In this document: positions 23,172 through 36,736 of the stretch, one piece after another
How the letters are laid out: the number at the start of each line of letters is the position of its first letter
How positions within the stretch are numbered: position 1 is the first letter of the stretch
IMG/VR virus record: IMGVR_UViG_3300012344_000386
Span: 32,001 to 96,000 of that record
Origin: a virus
Lineage: Duplodnaviria; Caudoviricetes
DNA length: 64,000 bases
Strand: one strand, 5' to 3'
The notes under the pieces: generated by a model
What the model was told of the DNA's origin: nothing
The model's input: the letters and a program-made list of their open reading frames with translations, nothing else
Databases searched by the model: none
Translations under genes and position numbers: made by a program

Positions 23172-23459
23172 TAATTAATAAACTAATAATATAATATCCA
23201 ATATAATAAATGAATATTTATGTTTTATATATATTGAATATTTATGGATTAAGTCGACGGAAGAATTTAGTTTATAAATTATGTATATAAAATTTAGATT
23301 AATTCATATCTTTAAAAAGATAAGATTTAGATAATTATCTTTCTATATATCATATATAGTTTTCTTAGGTTAACTTCACATATATTATAAAATTCATATA
23401 TGTTATTAAGTTAAATATCTAATTATAAGGATAAAACTAATATTGGATAAATTTACTTC

Positions 23460-23630
23460 ATGATTCAATTCATTAAGAAATGTTGGTATTGGTTCATCGG
23501 TATATTTACCAGTAAAGATGAAAATATACCGGATGAACATACCGATATAAATAAAGAAAATAATTTAGAAAAAAATAATATTAATGTCATATCTGTAAAG
23601 GTACGATATGTAAAAGAAAAAGAAAACTAA
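23460..23630 (+). CDS. small hypothetical protein (56 aa)
   Basis: MIQFIKKCWYWFIGIFTSK...; manual translation. Confidence 0.5.
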   Translation: MIQFIKKCWYWFIGIFTSKDENIPDEHTDINKENNLEKNNINVISVKVRYVKEKEN

Positions 23631-23639
23631 TTTGGAAAT

Positions 23640-24758
23640 ATGGCAAAGTTTTATTAGCACATGCAACCAGGTGATACACTTGGTAAAATTACAAAACTTA
23701 AATATATCGACGATATATCTGATGATGAGTTAACACTTTATGTGTTTGAAGATCAAACAAAATGTGATGAATCTTATATTGCGGAAGTCAATAATATGGA
23801 CGCGTTTAATGGACAATTTGTTATGTCTGAATTATCATCTCCACTTAATAAATGGGATTTTAAAACATATGAGTTTAATTTAAATGAGACAAAAACTGTT
23901 TATGATAAAGATGGTAATCCATATGAAGTTCCTCAACCTGGTATTGGAATGAATGGTGAACATATAAGTGTTGGAATTAATAGCGAAGGCAAATCAACAT
24001 CAAGAACAATAGGAAATGAAGGAAAAAGAACAGATGCAACTCCACCTACTTTTGTGAAAAATCCGAAGGTAGAAGATAAAGAAAATTATTTACTTTCATT
24101 ACATCCTGAATTGTTGAATGGTAGTAAACCAGTTAATAAATCTGCTGATAATGTAACATTTGGTACTGTAGTAAAGAAAACAGAACCAACAATTACAGCA
24201 AATAAAAAAGAAATTGTTAATGAAATTACAGCACCAGTTGAAAAACAAGTTATAACTACAGGAAAAATTCAGACAGACTCACCTATAACAACATCTGTTA
24301 TAGAAACAGTACGACACGCAAGTATTACAATTAATCTCGATAATATTAATTCAAATTCTGAATATGATAAGATTAATGTAATATCAAATGGTAAGACAAC
24401 CGAACTTTCTATAGAACAATTTATTTCAAGGTTAAATAATGAGGTTACAGTAAAAACTGAAAAGAAAGTTTCGCCTTATGAAGATCCAAATTATACAGAA
24501 GATATTCTTATCACTAATATGATTGATAAGAGTAAGAAGAAAGTATATACCATTGGTGTTGATGTTGAACTTGAACTTCCACCTAAGGAAGTTTACAAGA
24601 CTATAAAGGATGTATATCCTGATGGAATGTCAGAACATTTTGTTACCAGTATATCAAGAAGAGTTGATAATAATATGTTAAAGGAAGCGTTAGCAAAAGG
24701 TTTAACTGATTATTATGAGACTTCATTGTCAGATAATAAAAATCAAAGTACTGAATAA
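23640..24758 (+). CDS. hypothetical protein (372 aa, TAG at codon 6)
   Basis: MAKFYQHMQPG extension of track ORF 23661. Confidence 0.75.
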
Positions 24759-24812
24759 TTGTTAATAAATATTTGGTAATTTTAATTAAAAACTAACCAT
24801 TTAATAACTCTA

Positions 24813-25265
24813 ATGAATATATACGTAACAACTGAATCTGAAAATAAACTAAGAATGTTATTCACTAACATTAAAAGTTTTTTTATTCTTGATGTATAGT
24901 CGTTCGTAAATAGTTTTAAACTGGATCTAAACAAATAGTCAAATATATATTTCGTTAATACAGAAATTCTAAACGCTATTTAGCAAGCTTCTAAATTAAA
25001 GAAATATCAGGGGATTATTTATATTAATAAAAATTTAGATGAAAATTTATTGTTTAATATCTCGTCTAAATTTAAATAGATTAAGGAAATTAGCAAGATT
25101 GTACTTTTGGATAATGGAATATTGCCAAAACATACAGACTTGTACGATTTGTGTGAAGAAGTATTTTTTTATGAACGTTTTTATAAGAATAAGATAATTG
25201 AATGTTAGGGAATTAAAAAAGATGATAGAGGGAAAACAACTCTAATAATGAATGATGATAAATGA
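24813..25265 (+). CDS. hypothetical protein (150 aa, TAG=Gln)
   Basis: MNIYVTTESENKLRMLF...; open only with TAG readthrough. Confidence 0.7.
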
Positions 25266-25305
25266 ACAAAAATAAATAATATAAAATATTATTTATTTTT
25301 TAATT

Positions 25306-26019
25306 ATGATTATTTCAGTTCCAGAATATAAGAAAATAAGAAAATATAACAACACAAAAATCTCAAAGTTGAATGAATCTCTGTTTGATGATTTTGATGA
25401 TGAAGATGATGATTTTTTAGGGCTTGATAGTGATACAACACTGTCAGACAACATATCATCAGAATATGAAGAAACAGAAATAAAACCAAGAGTCGAACGA
25501 ATTTTAGATGAACTTGATGTAGAGAACTATGAGATTAAATGTACAGGTCATGGTATTTTGGTGGATGTCCATGATAATTTATACCTTTCTAATAAAGGAT
25601 TAAATAGAATGGGAATGCAGTTATTTAAATTCGATGAGGTAGATGGCTCTTGTAACTATACAGGAAATAACTTACCTGATTGGACTGCATTCCCATATAT
25701 TATACATGGAAATCTCTATGCTAACTTTAACAATATTAAAACATTCGATGGTGTACCAAGAGTATTTGGTAAAATTATCGCTAATAAGTAGAATAAGAAA
25801 ACCAAATATCCATTAACATAGGAAAACTATAATAAATTTAAACAAAATAAATTATAGGAAAATAAAGTTTATATTATATCTAAAGATAAATTTGGTACAT
25901 TACATTCTATACAAGAAAAAATGAATACATGTATTGTTAAGTTTGATAACAACATAAAGTAGAGATTTAACTTAAATGATGTTGAATATTTAGGAAATAT
26001 TGAAAACTTAATTATTTGA
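25306..26019 (+). CDS. LNESLFDD-leader protein with LRR-like repeats and small C-terminal beta domain (237 aa)
   Basis: Track ORF extended through TAGs to TGA 26017-19. Confidence 0.7.
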
Positions 26020-26021
26020 AA

Positions 26022-27740
26022 ATGAATACGATTACATCAAAATCAGGAACTATATATTATGAGTATGATGACGATGATGTTTAGATTGAGTCAAACAAAA
26101 AATATTATAGATAGAATTTAAGATATAAAACATATTATGTCGGTGAACCAAGAAATGAAATATTTGTTTCTTGGCATGATTATTATGAAGTTGATTAGAA
26201 CGGAAATTTAACAAATACAAAAATATAGGTTGATTTATCATATAATGTTACAAATAAAACAACGGATGAAGTTAAGAGAAATTTATCATTTGATGAATTG
26301 GAAAAATATGTAAATTCTTTTACATAGAAACAGTTAGAAGATCAAAATGATAATTCATCAGAAGAATTTGTAAATACAACAGGACATACAGAGCAAACAG
26401 ATGAAGACCTTGAAGAATATACAGGTGCTTCTATATTTGATGAATCTAATATTATAGAAGAAGATACATTTGGCGTAAAAATTTCTAATGATGAGTATCA
26501 TTAGGGAGATGATACAGATTTAAATGGTAAAATAAAAGATACAGTTGCATTAGAAGATACTACCACATTAGCGAGCTCTTCTGTATAGAACGCTGAGGAT
26601 GATGATACAATTAAGGCTGTTAATGATGAAATTTCCATAGATGACGATGGAAATAAAAAGAAAAAGAGTACATTGGAAGCAGCAATTGGATTAGCTTCTG
26701 GAATAGATTAGTTCGGACATTATTTAATGAAAGGTGGTACATGCCCGGTATGTGGAAAGCATATAGATTTTATGCCTGGTAATGGATATTGTTCGCTTAC
26801 ATGTGCCGCGAAAGATTTACTTAGGAAAATATCGGAAACATTAAAAGGTGAATATACTGTTGAAACTCCAGAGATTATAGAAAGAATAAAAAATATTCTT
26901 GATTACTTTAATCTTGTATTGAATGTTGTTTCTAAAGTTCCTGATATTTTAGCAGGAACAGCATCTATGCCAGAAGAGTACAGAAATTATGTAACTGCGA
27001 AAGTTAACATAGTATTTCTTGAGTTAAAAAAGATTATAAATTTGCTTCTAATCAAAAAAAATGAGTTAATAATAAAATTACTAAGGCGTATTAAATTCGG
27101 CACGATAGACGCGAAATTATCACCCTTATTCGCCGTTATCAATTAGGTTATTAAAGCTGTACAATTAGCTAAAGAAGCATTGGAAAAAGCATTGGCAGCA
27201 GCTTATAACACTATTAATAAAGTAAGTGGATTATTCTATATTGGTCCATAGGAATATGGTTTCTTCTTTACATTAAAATCTAATATGGCTGTATGCCCAT
27301 TTTATAAAACTGATCCAACTGTATATAAAGCAGGATAGTTAGGAAAACCATTTTGGGGAATGGGAGTTATGAATATAGCATTTGATATGAGTAAGTGCCA
27401 ATTTAAATTGGATATTGGCATGAAGTCAGCATTATAGAATGTAGATTTTTAGAAAATAAACACTATTGTTCGTAAAGCATTTCCGCCTATTACTGCACCA
27501 GAATATTTAATGGATCCTGAATTGTTTGATGTCAGATTAGCATTAAGTGATCAGAATGCTCCAGCTATTGAGAAACTTGTAAGATTACTAGAAGGAACAA
27601 TAGTTATAGGTGGTGATTTCTTACCGACATATGAAAGACTTAAATTAACAAATATATGGTTTATTGCCGCCATTTTAACTACATGGGCACCAACTACAAG
27701 ATCAATCTTTGGAGATTTTATATTCCATGGATTTCTTTAA
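26022..27740 (+). CDS. hypothetical, probably virion-associated protein with zinc-finger motif (572 aa, TAG=Gln)
   Basis: Single frame joining 26727 and 27510 fragments; CPVCGK..YCSLTC. Confidence 0.7.
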
Positions 27741-27762
27741 TTAAAAAACTAATTGCATATAA

Positions 27763-30700
27763 ATGATGAACGATTATAAATTTAATAAATTATTATCAGA
27801 CACAATTACATTACCTATATTACCAGCAAATAAGTTTACCAGTACTGATACGGAATATTATGCAGTATTGGAAAAAAACTATATACCTATTACATCTACT
27901 ATTGAATGTATATATAAACCTGATTGGATTACTGGATATAAATTTACAACAGAAAATAAGTATTATAATAAATTAACTATTACATCTATTAATGATAATA
28001 CAGAAAAGAAATTACGTAAAGGTATAATGGAATTTGCTGTTAGTAATAATATACCAGAAGATTCTTCTAATATTTTTATTTCTGGTATTAATCATATATA
28101 TGCAAAAGTTTCACAAGCTCCTTATGAAGATGTTGATGTACGTTTAGAATTTATTCCAACAGAAGATCAAAAAACTGATGGATTAACTAATACAGAAATT
28201 TGGATAGATAAAGATGATAAAAAAACTGAACATATAATTGGTGGTAAAATATCTGGTGATGAACAAGAACTTCATATTAAATATTATGGCATTCTTAATG
28301 GCGTAAATTAGTCTAATGTTACATTATTAATTAATGACAAACAATTAGATACAAGTAATATTAAATCATTAAGAACAACAGTATAGAATGAAATAGATTT
28401 AATTTATTTAATCGATGAAAATATAAATACAGTTACTAAAAATTTAAAATTCTCTGTAATATTTAAAACAACATATAATTCTAAGTAGAGAGATTATTAT
28501 ATTACACAAAGATTTAATAATTATGTTATAAAATTAGGTATTGACTCAATCAATAACACAAAAGCAGATGATATATTATATCAAGGTGAAACAAAGAAAT
28601 TAATATATACTTTTAGTTTAAATGATACATATGAACAAAGTGATGATTTAGATATTCATTTTTAGTTTATTAATAATACATATGAATTAAATTATCAAAC
28701 AGGTATAACATCATATATAGACAAACAGTATAATTTAAATTTAATCATAAATCCTAATTATACATTATAGGAAAGGAAAGTAAAAGTATATGTTATATAT
28801 AAGAATAAAATTAAAAGTAATGAAATTGTTATAATATAGAAATATGATACTGATATGAAGTTATATTATGAGATTGATGATGAATTTTATGATTCACCAT
28901 CTGTTTTTAAAGTAACACCATTTGGTAAAGACATATCATTATATTATTATGCTAGAACAAGTAACGGACATATAATTACATCTATGAGTAATATTAAATA
29001 TATTGATAATACAGAAATTACAGAATATTATGAGATTAATTATACGAGAACAAATAAAAATTTAACTGATTTTGATTATAATAATATTAAAGATATTAAT
29101 GAAGATTCAACTGATAAAAAAAATTTATATTTGTAGTTCCCATTATTAACTGAATTTATAAATCCAGAAATATATATAAATATAAGTTTATCGACATTAA
29201 AGTTAAATAATATAACATTTATACAACAACATTTTGATACTGCCCAAACTAAAGTTAATATAAATAGCAAATTATCAACTGACACAATAGGTGGTATTCC
29301 TCAATTTAGTGAAATTAAATTGGTTTTTAATGCAGTTAATGTTTATGATAATGAAAAATCTACAGTGATTGATAGCAATTTATTCGACATAAATTTCTAT
29401 TAGAAAAATTAGGATAAATTTATATCTGCTAATTCATTATTTGATTTAGAAAATATTGAATATGAAACGACTAAAGATATTGACGATTTCCTTATTGCAC
29501 AAAATATTCGATTAAAAAATGAATATTATAATGTAAATGGCAATAGAGAATTTTATTATCAAATATCATATATATTAGGAAATACTGAAATTAATAGAAC
29601 CGATTATATTAAAATCACATAGGAATCACTATAGTATAAATGTAAGCTTGTATCTGATACGAATATTATATCATTTGAAGGTAATAGTAATTTTATAGTT
29701 AAAGGCTATGGTATATTATATAATAATTAGGAAGAAAAAAATAAAGGCGAAAGTTCAAACGCATATTATACAACATATTTAACTTCTGCTGTGATAGACA
29801 ATACTTCAGATAATATTTTGAATTCACAAATAAAATTAGTTAATACTTCAGATTATACAAATATAAAATTAGATATAAAAAATATAGATAACACAAATGT
29901 AAATAATAATCAAAGGATAAGAAAATTAATAATTATAGGAAAATATAGGTATAATACTAATTCTAATATTGAAGAAGATACATTAACATTATAGCAAACA
30001 TATATAAAATTAAATTTAGAATTATATAGTAATAGTAGTTTAGATGATAAGTTAACATATAATAACTCAACAAAAGATAGTTATATTATTGAAAATATTT
30101 TACATGATACTGTATTATATTTTAAATATTATATGTAGGAGTCAATTATTGAAAATGGAAATATTAAATTAGTAAATATTGATTTAAGAAACTATAATAG
30201 TGACTTAACTATTAATCTTAATAACACAAATAATTTAACTTTATGGTCACAAAATAATTTAATGCCATATACTTCTAATATAATATATAATGAAGATGAA
30301 GATTATTATTACGGTATATTAAATATACCGTAGAATTTATTAGCATTTGATAATAAAATTATATTAAAATATATACAAAAGTATAAAGATATTGATTATG
30401 CATATACATAGTTTGTTTTATACAAAGATAGAGTAGATACATTATATGATGATGCTTCATAGATATATACTGCATCAAAAAATAAATATGCGTATATATC
30501 ACATTATAGAATTAATGATAAAGAAGCAGGAATAAGTTCAACTAGTCCTAATACATCAAATATAGTAATATATAATATTGATACAACAAAAGTTAAAAAT
30601 TTTATTATATATTATAATGTTATTTACCAATACAGAGATATTAGTAAAAGACTTATAGATACAACATTTAAGAATTTTTATTATTATAAAAATAAATTAG

Positions 30701-33700
30701 GAATTTATACACTAATATCTAATGTACCATATTATACAATATCAGAACAATCAAGTGAAAAAGTCGGAAATATTAATTATATAGGTCAAGAAATAACAAT
30801 GAATGAAAATATTAATGATGTTTAGTAGTATTTTTATTTTTGCATTCATTATTAGAACAATTATAAAGAATCTTCTACTACTAGGATTATATAGATATGT
30901 CAAAAGGAAGCAACAAGAGCATATAATTTATCGTATTTAGTAGATGATCCTAAGGATAGTATTGAAGATAATGAGACGCCGAATAACAATAAAATATATG
31001 GAATTAGACATAAAGATGGTAATATCTATAAAAAGATAAATGATTATTATATATATTGTGATCCTACAGAACAAACATTAACATTATATTTAGGATTATA
31101 TTGTAATGATCATATAGATTTAGATTATAAATAGCCATTTGATAAAAAAACCGGTGAACTTAAAGGAAATCATATAACAATTAAAAAAGATGATATTTAT
31201 TTATCATCAAATGATGAAATTACTATTGTAAAAAACCCAGAATTTAATGATACTGATAATTATTATGAATTTACTGTTTAGTTAAGTGATATAACGTCAA
31301 AAACAGAAAATACTACTTATAGTTTATAGTATAAACGAAATTATACATATTACAATTATAATAATGGTAAGTCGGTAAATACTACTGGAAAATCAAACTA
31401 TTTATATATTAAAAGATTTGCATATAATACTACTAATTATACATTATATATTGGATTTTATAATAAGGATGGAAATAAAATAATAACATCTATATCTAAT
31501 AATAAGAATGAGAATAATGATATAATATATATACATTATTATTTAACAAAAGCTGATGATAAAGAACAAAAGAATAAATTAGATTTATCAAAAATAAAAT
31601 ATGATTTTAAATTAACATTAGGCGATGAAAATATATCAATTGATTTTTCAAAAATAACAAAAAGTGATGATAATGTATATTCATATCCATATGCAGTAAC
31701 AGATAATATCACAGAGAATGAACGTAATTTAGTTGCTACAGTTTCAATTAATGAGTCGTTAAATGCATCAGACACACTTAAATAGTCAGGCACAACGTAT
31801 AGTGTAATTATAAGAGACAATCCCGATTTTAACGGTTCTGATTATGTCGATTATAGAAAAAATGGTAAGAAGATTATATAGACACTATATTTTAAAGGTG
31901 GACCAGATAAATCATTTGATGACAATTTAACACATTATAATATAACATGTGATGATATAAGTGTAATACGAAGTGATAAAGAAAAATATGAAGATGAAGA
32001 TAAACCGTGTTATAAAATAACTGTTACTATTCCTGAAAATGATAGTACAACTTCTGATAAAATATATAAAATAACAGTAAAATATTAGTATAGTGATATT
32101 ACAAAAGAATATTTGTCTACTTTTATAATATATCAGGGTAAATCAAATATTAATGCTGTTATAAATTTAACGAGTGGTACAGTAGATGGAAAAATAAACA
32201 ATGCAGGGGAAACTATAACTCTTGAGTGTTATGGTGAACTTAATGGTGATGAAAAATCAGACGGTGAACTTACATGCTCAGATTCAAGTATAAATATACC
32301 TGAACCTATAATATCAGGAACAAGATGTATATATAATATTGAAATTGGTATATCATCAACAGATAGAACATTAACGTTTACATTTACATATACATTTCAT
32401 GATAGTCAAGCAAAAGCAGATAAAACATTATCACAAGGTGCAGGAGAGTTTGAATTATTTGTTCATGCATATTATATGAGAGGTTCAACAAAAGTTGAAG
32501 ATGATATGGAAGAATTAGCATTGCAAGCTACTGATTCAGGCTATTTTTATTTATAGTATTATGCAAAAGTAAAAAATGGTACATATATTGATACTAATTA
32601 GTCACATTATGAAGTTACATATGAAAAATATAATGATGGTGATATGACATATGAGTATCTTGCTGATTTTAAAACAGAAGAAACATCATTAAAAGATGAT
32701 AAATTAGAATTAAAATGTAAATTTAGTTAGAATCCAAAAGACTCAGATTATGATTATGAGAGGTGTGTTAATTTTACGGTAAAATATAATATAGGTTCAG
32801 TTGACAATAAAATAATGTTAATTAATCAAGCAAGTGCGTTTGCTATTGGATTAGCTTCATTTGATTTTTTATTATTTGAATATATATTTTTAAATAATGC
32901 TGGTAGTTCACATATTCCATCAGAAAAAAATAAATTGACTGGTTCTGATTTGGATACAATAACACATATTACAAATAATAAAAATATTAAAATGAATATA
33001 ACATCTCATAATAAAACATATATATTAAATAATACAACAATGGGATTTTCTGAGACTTTATATCCAAGTACAACTGAATATTGGCATCAAACGAACAATT
33101 ATACAGAATATGAAGATATACTAGGTTTTTCTGGAGATAATAGATCAGGTTCATAGGAATCTATATTTATTAATATGAAAGAAATTTTAGCATAGATTAG
33201 TAATACATTATTAGAAAACAAATGTAAATATATTTACATAGATTTATATGGTCATATGTGGAGTCAGTTATGTAATGGACGTGTAAAAGTAACATATCGT
33301 ACATTTAAGAATAAAGGGAGTAACCCATCAATAACATTAGATAGAAGCACAGAAAAATATATTTTTAATACAACTGATACAGAAGTAAATAAAGAATAGA
33401 CAAAAACATATAATTTAACTGTATAGGAAGCAAATATAAAAAGTTCATATACATGGTTAGCAAGACTTACATATAATGTAAAAACAGGAAGTGGACAATT
33501 AGATTCTAGAAATTTATATGGTTATAAAAAAAGTACTGATAATGGGTTAACAGTATTTAATAGAACATATGCAGATAAAAATAGTGCATGTTTTTATATA
33601 GAAGGTTATAAATAGTATGATGATACGATTACATTAAAAACAATTAATATATCATATAGTGAAAGAAGTAATGATACAAGTACATATGATTTTAGTAGTT

Positions 33701-33969
33701 ATTTGTGTTCTTCATTTAATGGAAATAATTCAGTAGGTGTATATTGGTAGTATTTTAATAGTTTTAGTGTTACAGAAAGCAATAAGAATGGTATAAATTG
33801 TAGTTTTGACAGATTAACTTTTAAATTTAATATAAAGCAAACATATAATTCATCTTATAGCTGGCCTACTCAAGAAAATAGAACACGAGAAGTTATTGTA
33901 AATACGGATCCTGCTTATGATAATATTAAATTTATTATAAAAATAATAGAACAAAAATATACAAAATGA
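27763..33969 (+). CDS. giant tail fibre/adhesin-like protein with Ig/BACON-like repeats (~2068 aa, many TAG=Gln)
   Basis: Track fragments 27763, 28855, 29791, 32113 and 32815 are in one frame; recurring EN....R.......Q pattern; only TAG stops seen in the stretches read by eye. Confidence 0.75.
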
Positions 33970-35204
33970 ATAAATTAATAAAGAAATTAGTTGAGTCCCT
34001 TTTTGATGATATAGACGATATTGTAGATACACCAGAACGTACAGTATCATAGGAATTATATAATAATGAAATAAGATAGCTTAAAAAGCTACCATATAAT
34101 ATCACTGAATATCCTGATAGTTTTGTGAATTTTGATAGGGCTGAAAATCTTTACAATATAGGATTAATATATATTAATGAAGCATGTAAAAATAAGTATT
34201 ATATAAGATATTTTAATAATGTAAAAAAATTTCAGATTAATTGTAAGTTTAAAGACTATGATAATTCAATTGATATTGATACAATTGAAATTTATGGATT
34301 TGGTAGAACAAACAAATATGATTTAAATTGTATATTACATGTTAATGATAAAGTGATAACAGATATTATATTTAATATGGGACAACCACATTATAATATG
34401 GAGTTTATACCATATGATTATATAGGTAATGAATTATTTTTACAAATGTTTTATCTTATAAACACATATATAGAAAATGGGTATAAAATAAAAAATATTA
34501 TATTGAACGCAGAAGATGATATATATCATAAAACAAAAAATATAATTATTGGAGATACTAGAAAAGAAGTTATTGATCCAAATAAAGTTATTCCTATTAA
34601 AGAAGAATATATAAATTTATATAGTAAAATTAATATATTTGTTACAAATAATAATGAAAATCCTATTAAGTTGACAAAATTATGTAAAAATGTAATACTT
34701 GGATATTCTTTAATTTGTGAAAATTTAAAAACATTTGAACTATTTTTGTTATATCTTAAAAAATTAGGATTTAAATTATTCAAAATGGAACAGCAACCAC
34801 TTATTATGAATCCATCGGAGTATAATGGTTTTAAATATGGTGAGGATTTATTTAAACAATTCTTAATAGACTATAATATACCTAATTATAAGTTTAGTAA
34901 TAAAAAAGATATGCATGAAATTATAAATATTATTGTAAATAAAGTAATTTCACATTTACAAGAAAATAATAAATTAAATGCAAAGTCTTTATCTGACTAT
35001 TCATCAAATTATATGACAAGTAATAAAGTTATAGAGAAAGGAAAAGATGAAAAAGGTAATTTTATTATAATACAATATAAATTAGATTACGACGATGATA
35101 AAGTAAAAGACCATGTATATTCAAAAACCGATTGGAAAGTATATTAGTCGGGACTTATTGATTTAGTTGATGAAGATTTATATTGGTCAAAAATGGATAA
35201 GTAA
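33966..35204 (+). CDS. hypothetical protein with LVESLFDD leader (412 aa)
   Basis: MNKLIKKLVESLFDDIDDIVD; overlaps previous stop (ATGA). Confidence 0.75.
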
Positions 35205-35296
35205 TATTATATAATATAATTAAATGAGATCTATATTAATTTATAGATCTCATTTTTTATTTAATAAATATTGAAACTAATTTTTAGTTTATAATT

Positions 35297-36667
35297 ATGT
35301 CAAAAACACAATTAACTCCTAAATAGCTTTTTGAAAATAGAAATACAACAGATATTTTTGACAGAGCAGTTTTGGTAGGATTACTTAAGGTATTTAACAG
35401 AAGATTATATTACGAGCAAAGATGGGATGATACAGAAGATGGAATAGAAAATGTATGTGTTCCATTCTTTTATGATTTTGGTGGTTCAAATCAAAATTCA
35501 GAAAAGTTTATCCAAGATAATTATACAAATTTCACAAGTGATGAATGTACAGATATTGGACTTCAAAAAATAGACGGTAATTTTGATAGATACCCTTAGG
35601 GACGTTTATCAATGTCAAGCGTTCAAATAGAATCAGGAAATATCACTAACAGGTTTGTAATGGGTAAGTATACAAAAAGAGAAAATGGTAAACTTAAATC
35701 TTATGTATCTTATCTTTATTCTATGCCGTTAACATATAGTTTCAATGTTGAAATAAGATGTTCAACAATGGCAGAGGCAATGAAAATTAATCAAGCATAT
35801 AGAGAATTCTTTTATAAGAATTTAACATATCATATTAATTATAAAGGAACTGTTGTTCCTGTTCGTGTGGGGTTTCCAGAATCCGCATATCAACCAACGG
35901 CAGGAGGAACTTATACTTTTGGACAACTTCCATCAGAGACTATGATTAAAGTTCCATTTACTATATAGTGCGAAACATATCAACCTATATTTGATAGATA
36001 TAATGAACGTCCAGCAGATAATGTTATAAGGAATAATGGTTATGCTATATGGGTAAATAGAAATCATCCAGAAAAAGTAACAGGGCCATTACATTGGGTA
36101 ACAGATTTTGAAGATATGATATTGGTATCAGGTTAGGACCTTTTAGTTGAATGGAAATATTCATATCAAGATAGAGATCTTCTTCAAGTTGATATTCTAT
36201 ATGAAGATGAAAAAGGCGAATAGTTCGTATTGGATTCAGTAGATAACCATAATTTCTATCATTGGAAAATACCAACAGATTTTATAGATAATCCCTCACG
36301 TATAGATATTCTCGTACCTAATACAGAAGAATGTACAGTATATACAAATCCTGAAATCTATATGTATCCGGATCCAGAAACTCGTATAGTAGATGAATCG
36401 ACTGTATATGTATTAAATAAAGGATATTTTATTACGGCAAATTCGCAAGTTGATTGTATAATATCATATGAAGATAATAAAGGATAGGTAAAAGAAATTC
36501 CAGCGAAACTTAATCTTAAGAATTTCATGATAGATGAAACAAATCCTATTGAATTCAAATGTTTCGTATATCCAAGAGAAGTAAATACAAAACAAGTTAA
36601 ATTAATATTAAGAGATCATTATAATACAGAGAATAAATGCATAAGTGATTCTATATTAATAGTTTAA
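35297..36667 (+). CDS. tail completion/sheath stabiliser, T4 gp15-like with C-terminal extension (456 aa)
   Basis: VPFFY...EKF...YPQG.LSM...MPLTYSFNVEIRC.....AMKINQ pattern; fragments joined by TAG. Confidence 0.6.
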
Positions 36668-36736
36668 GCATATTTTGTGAAATATGCTTATTTTTTACAT
36701 AAATAAATAATAAAAATAAAATAATATTTAAACTTA

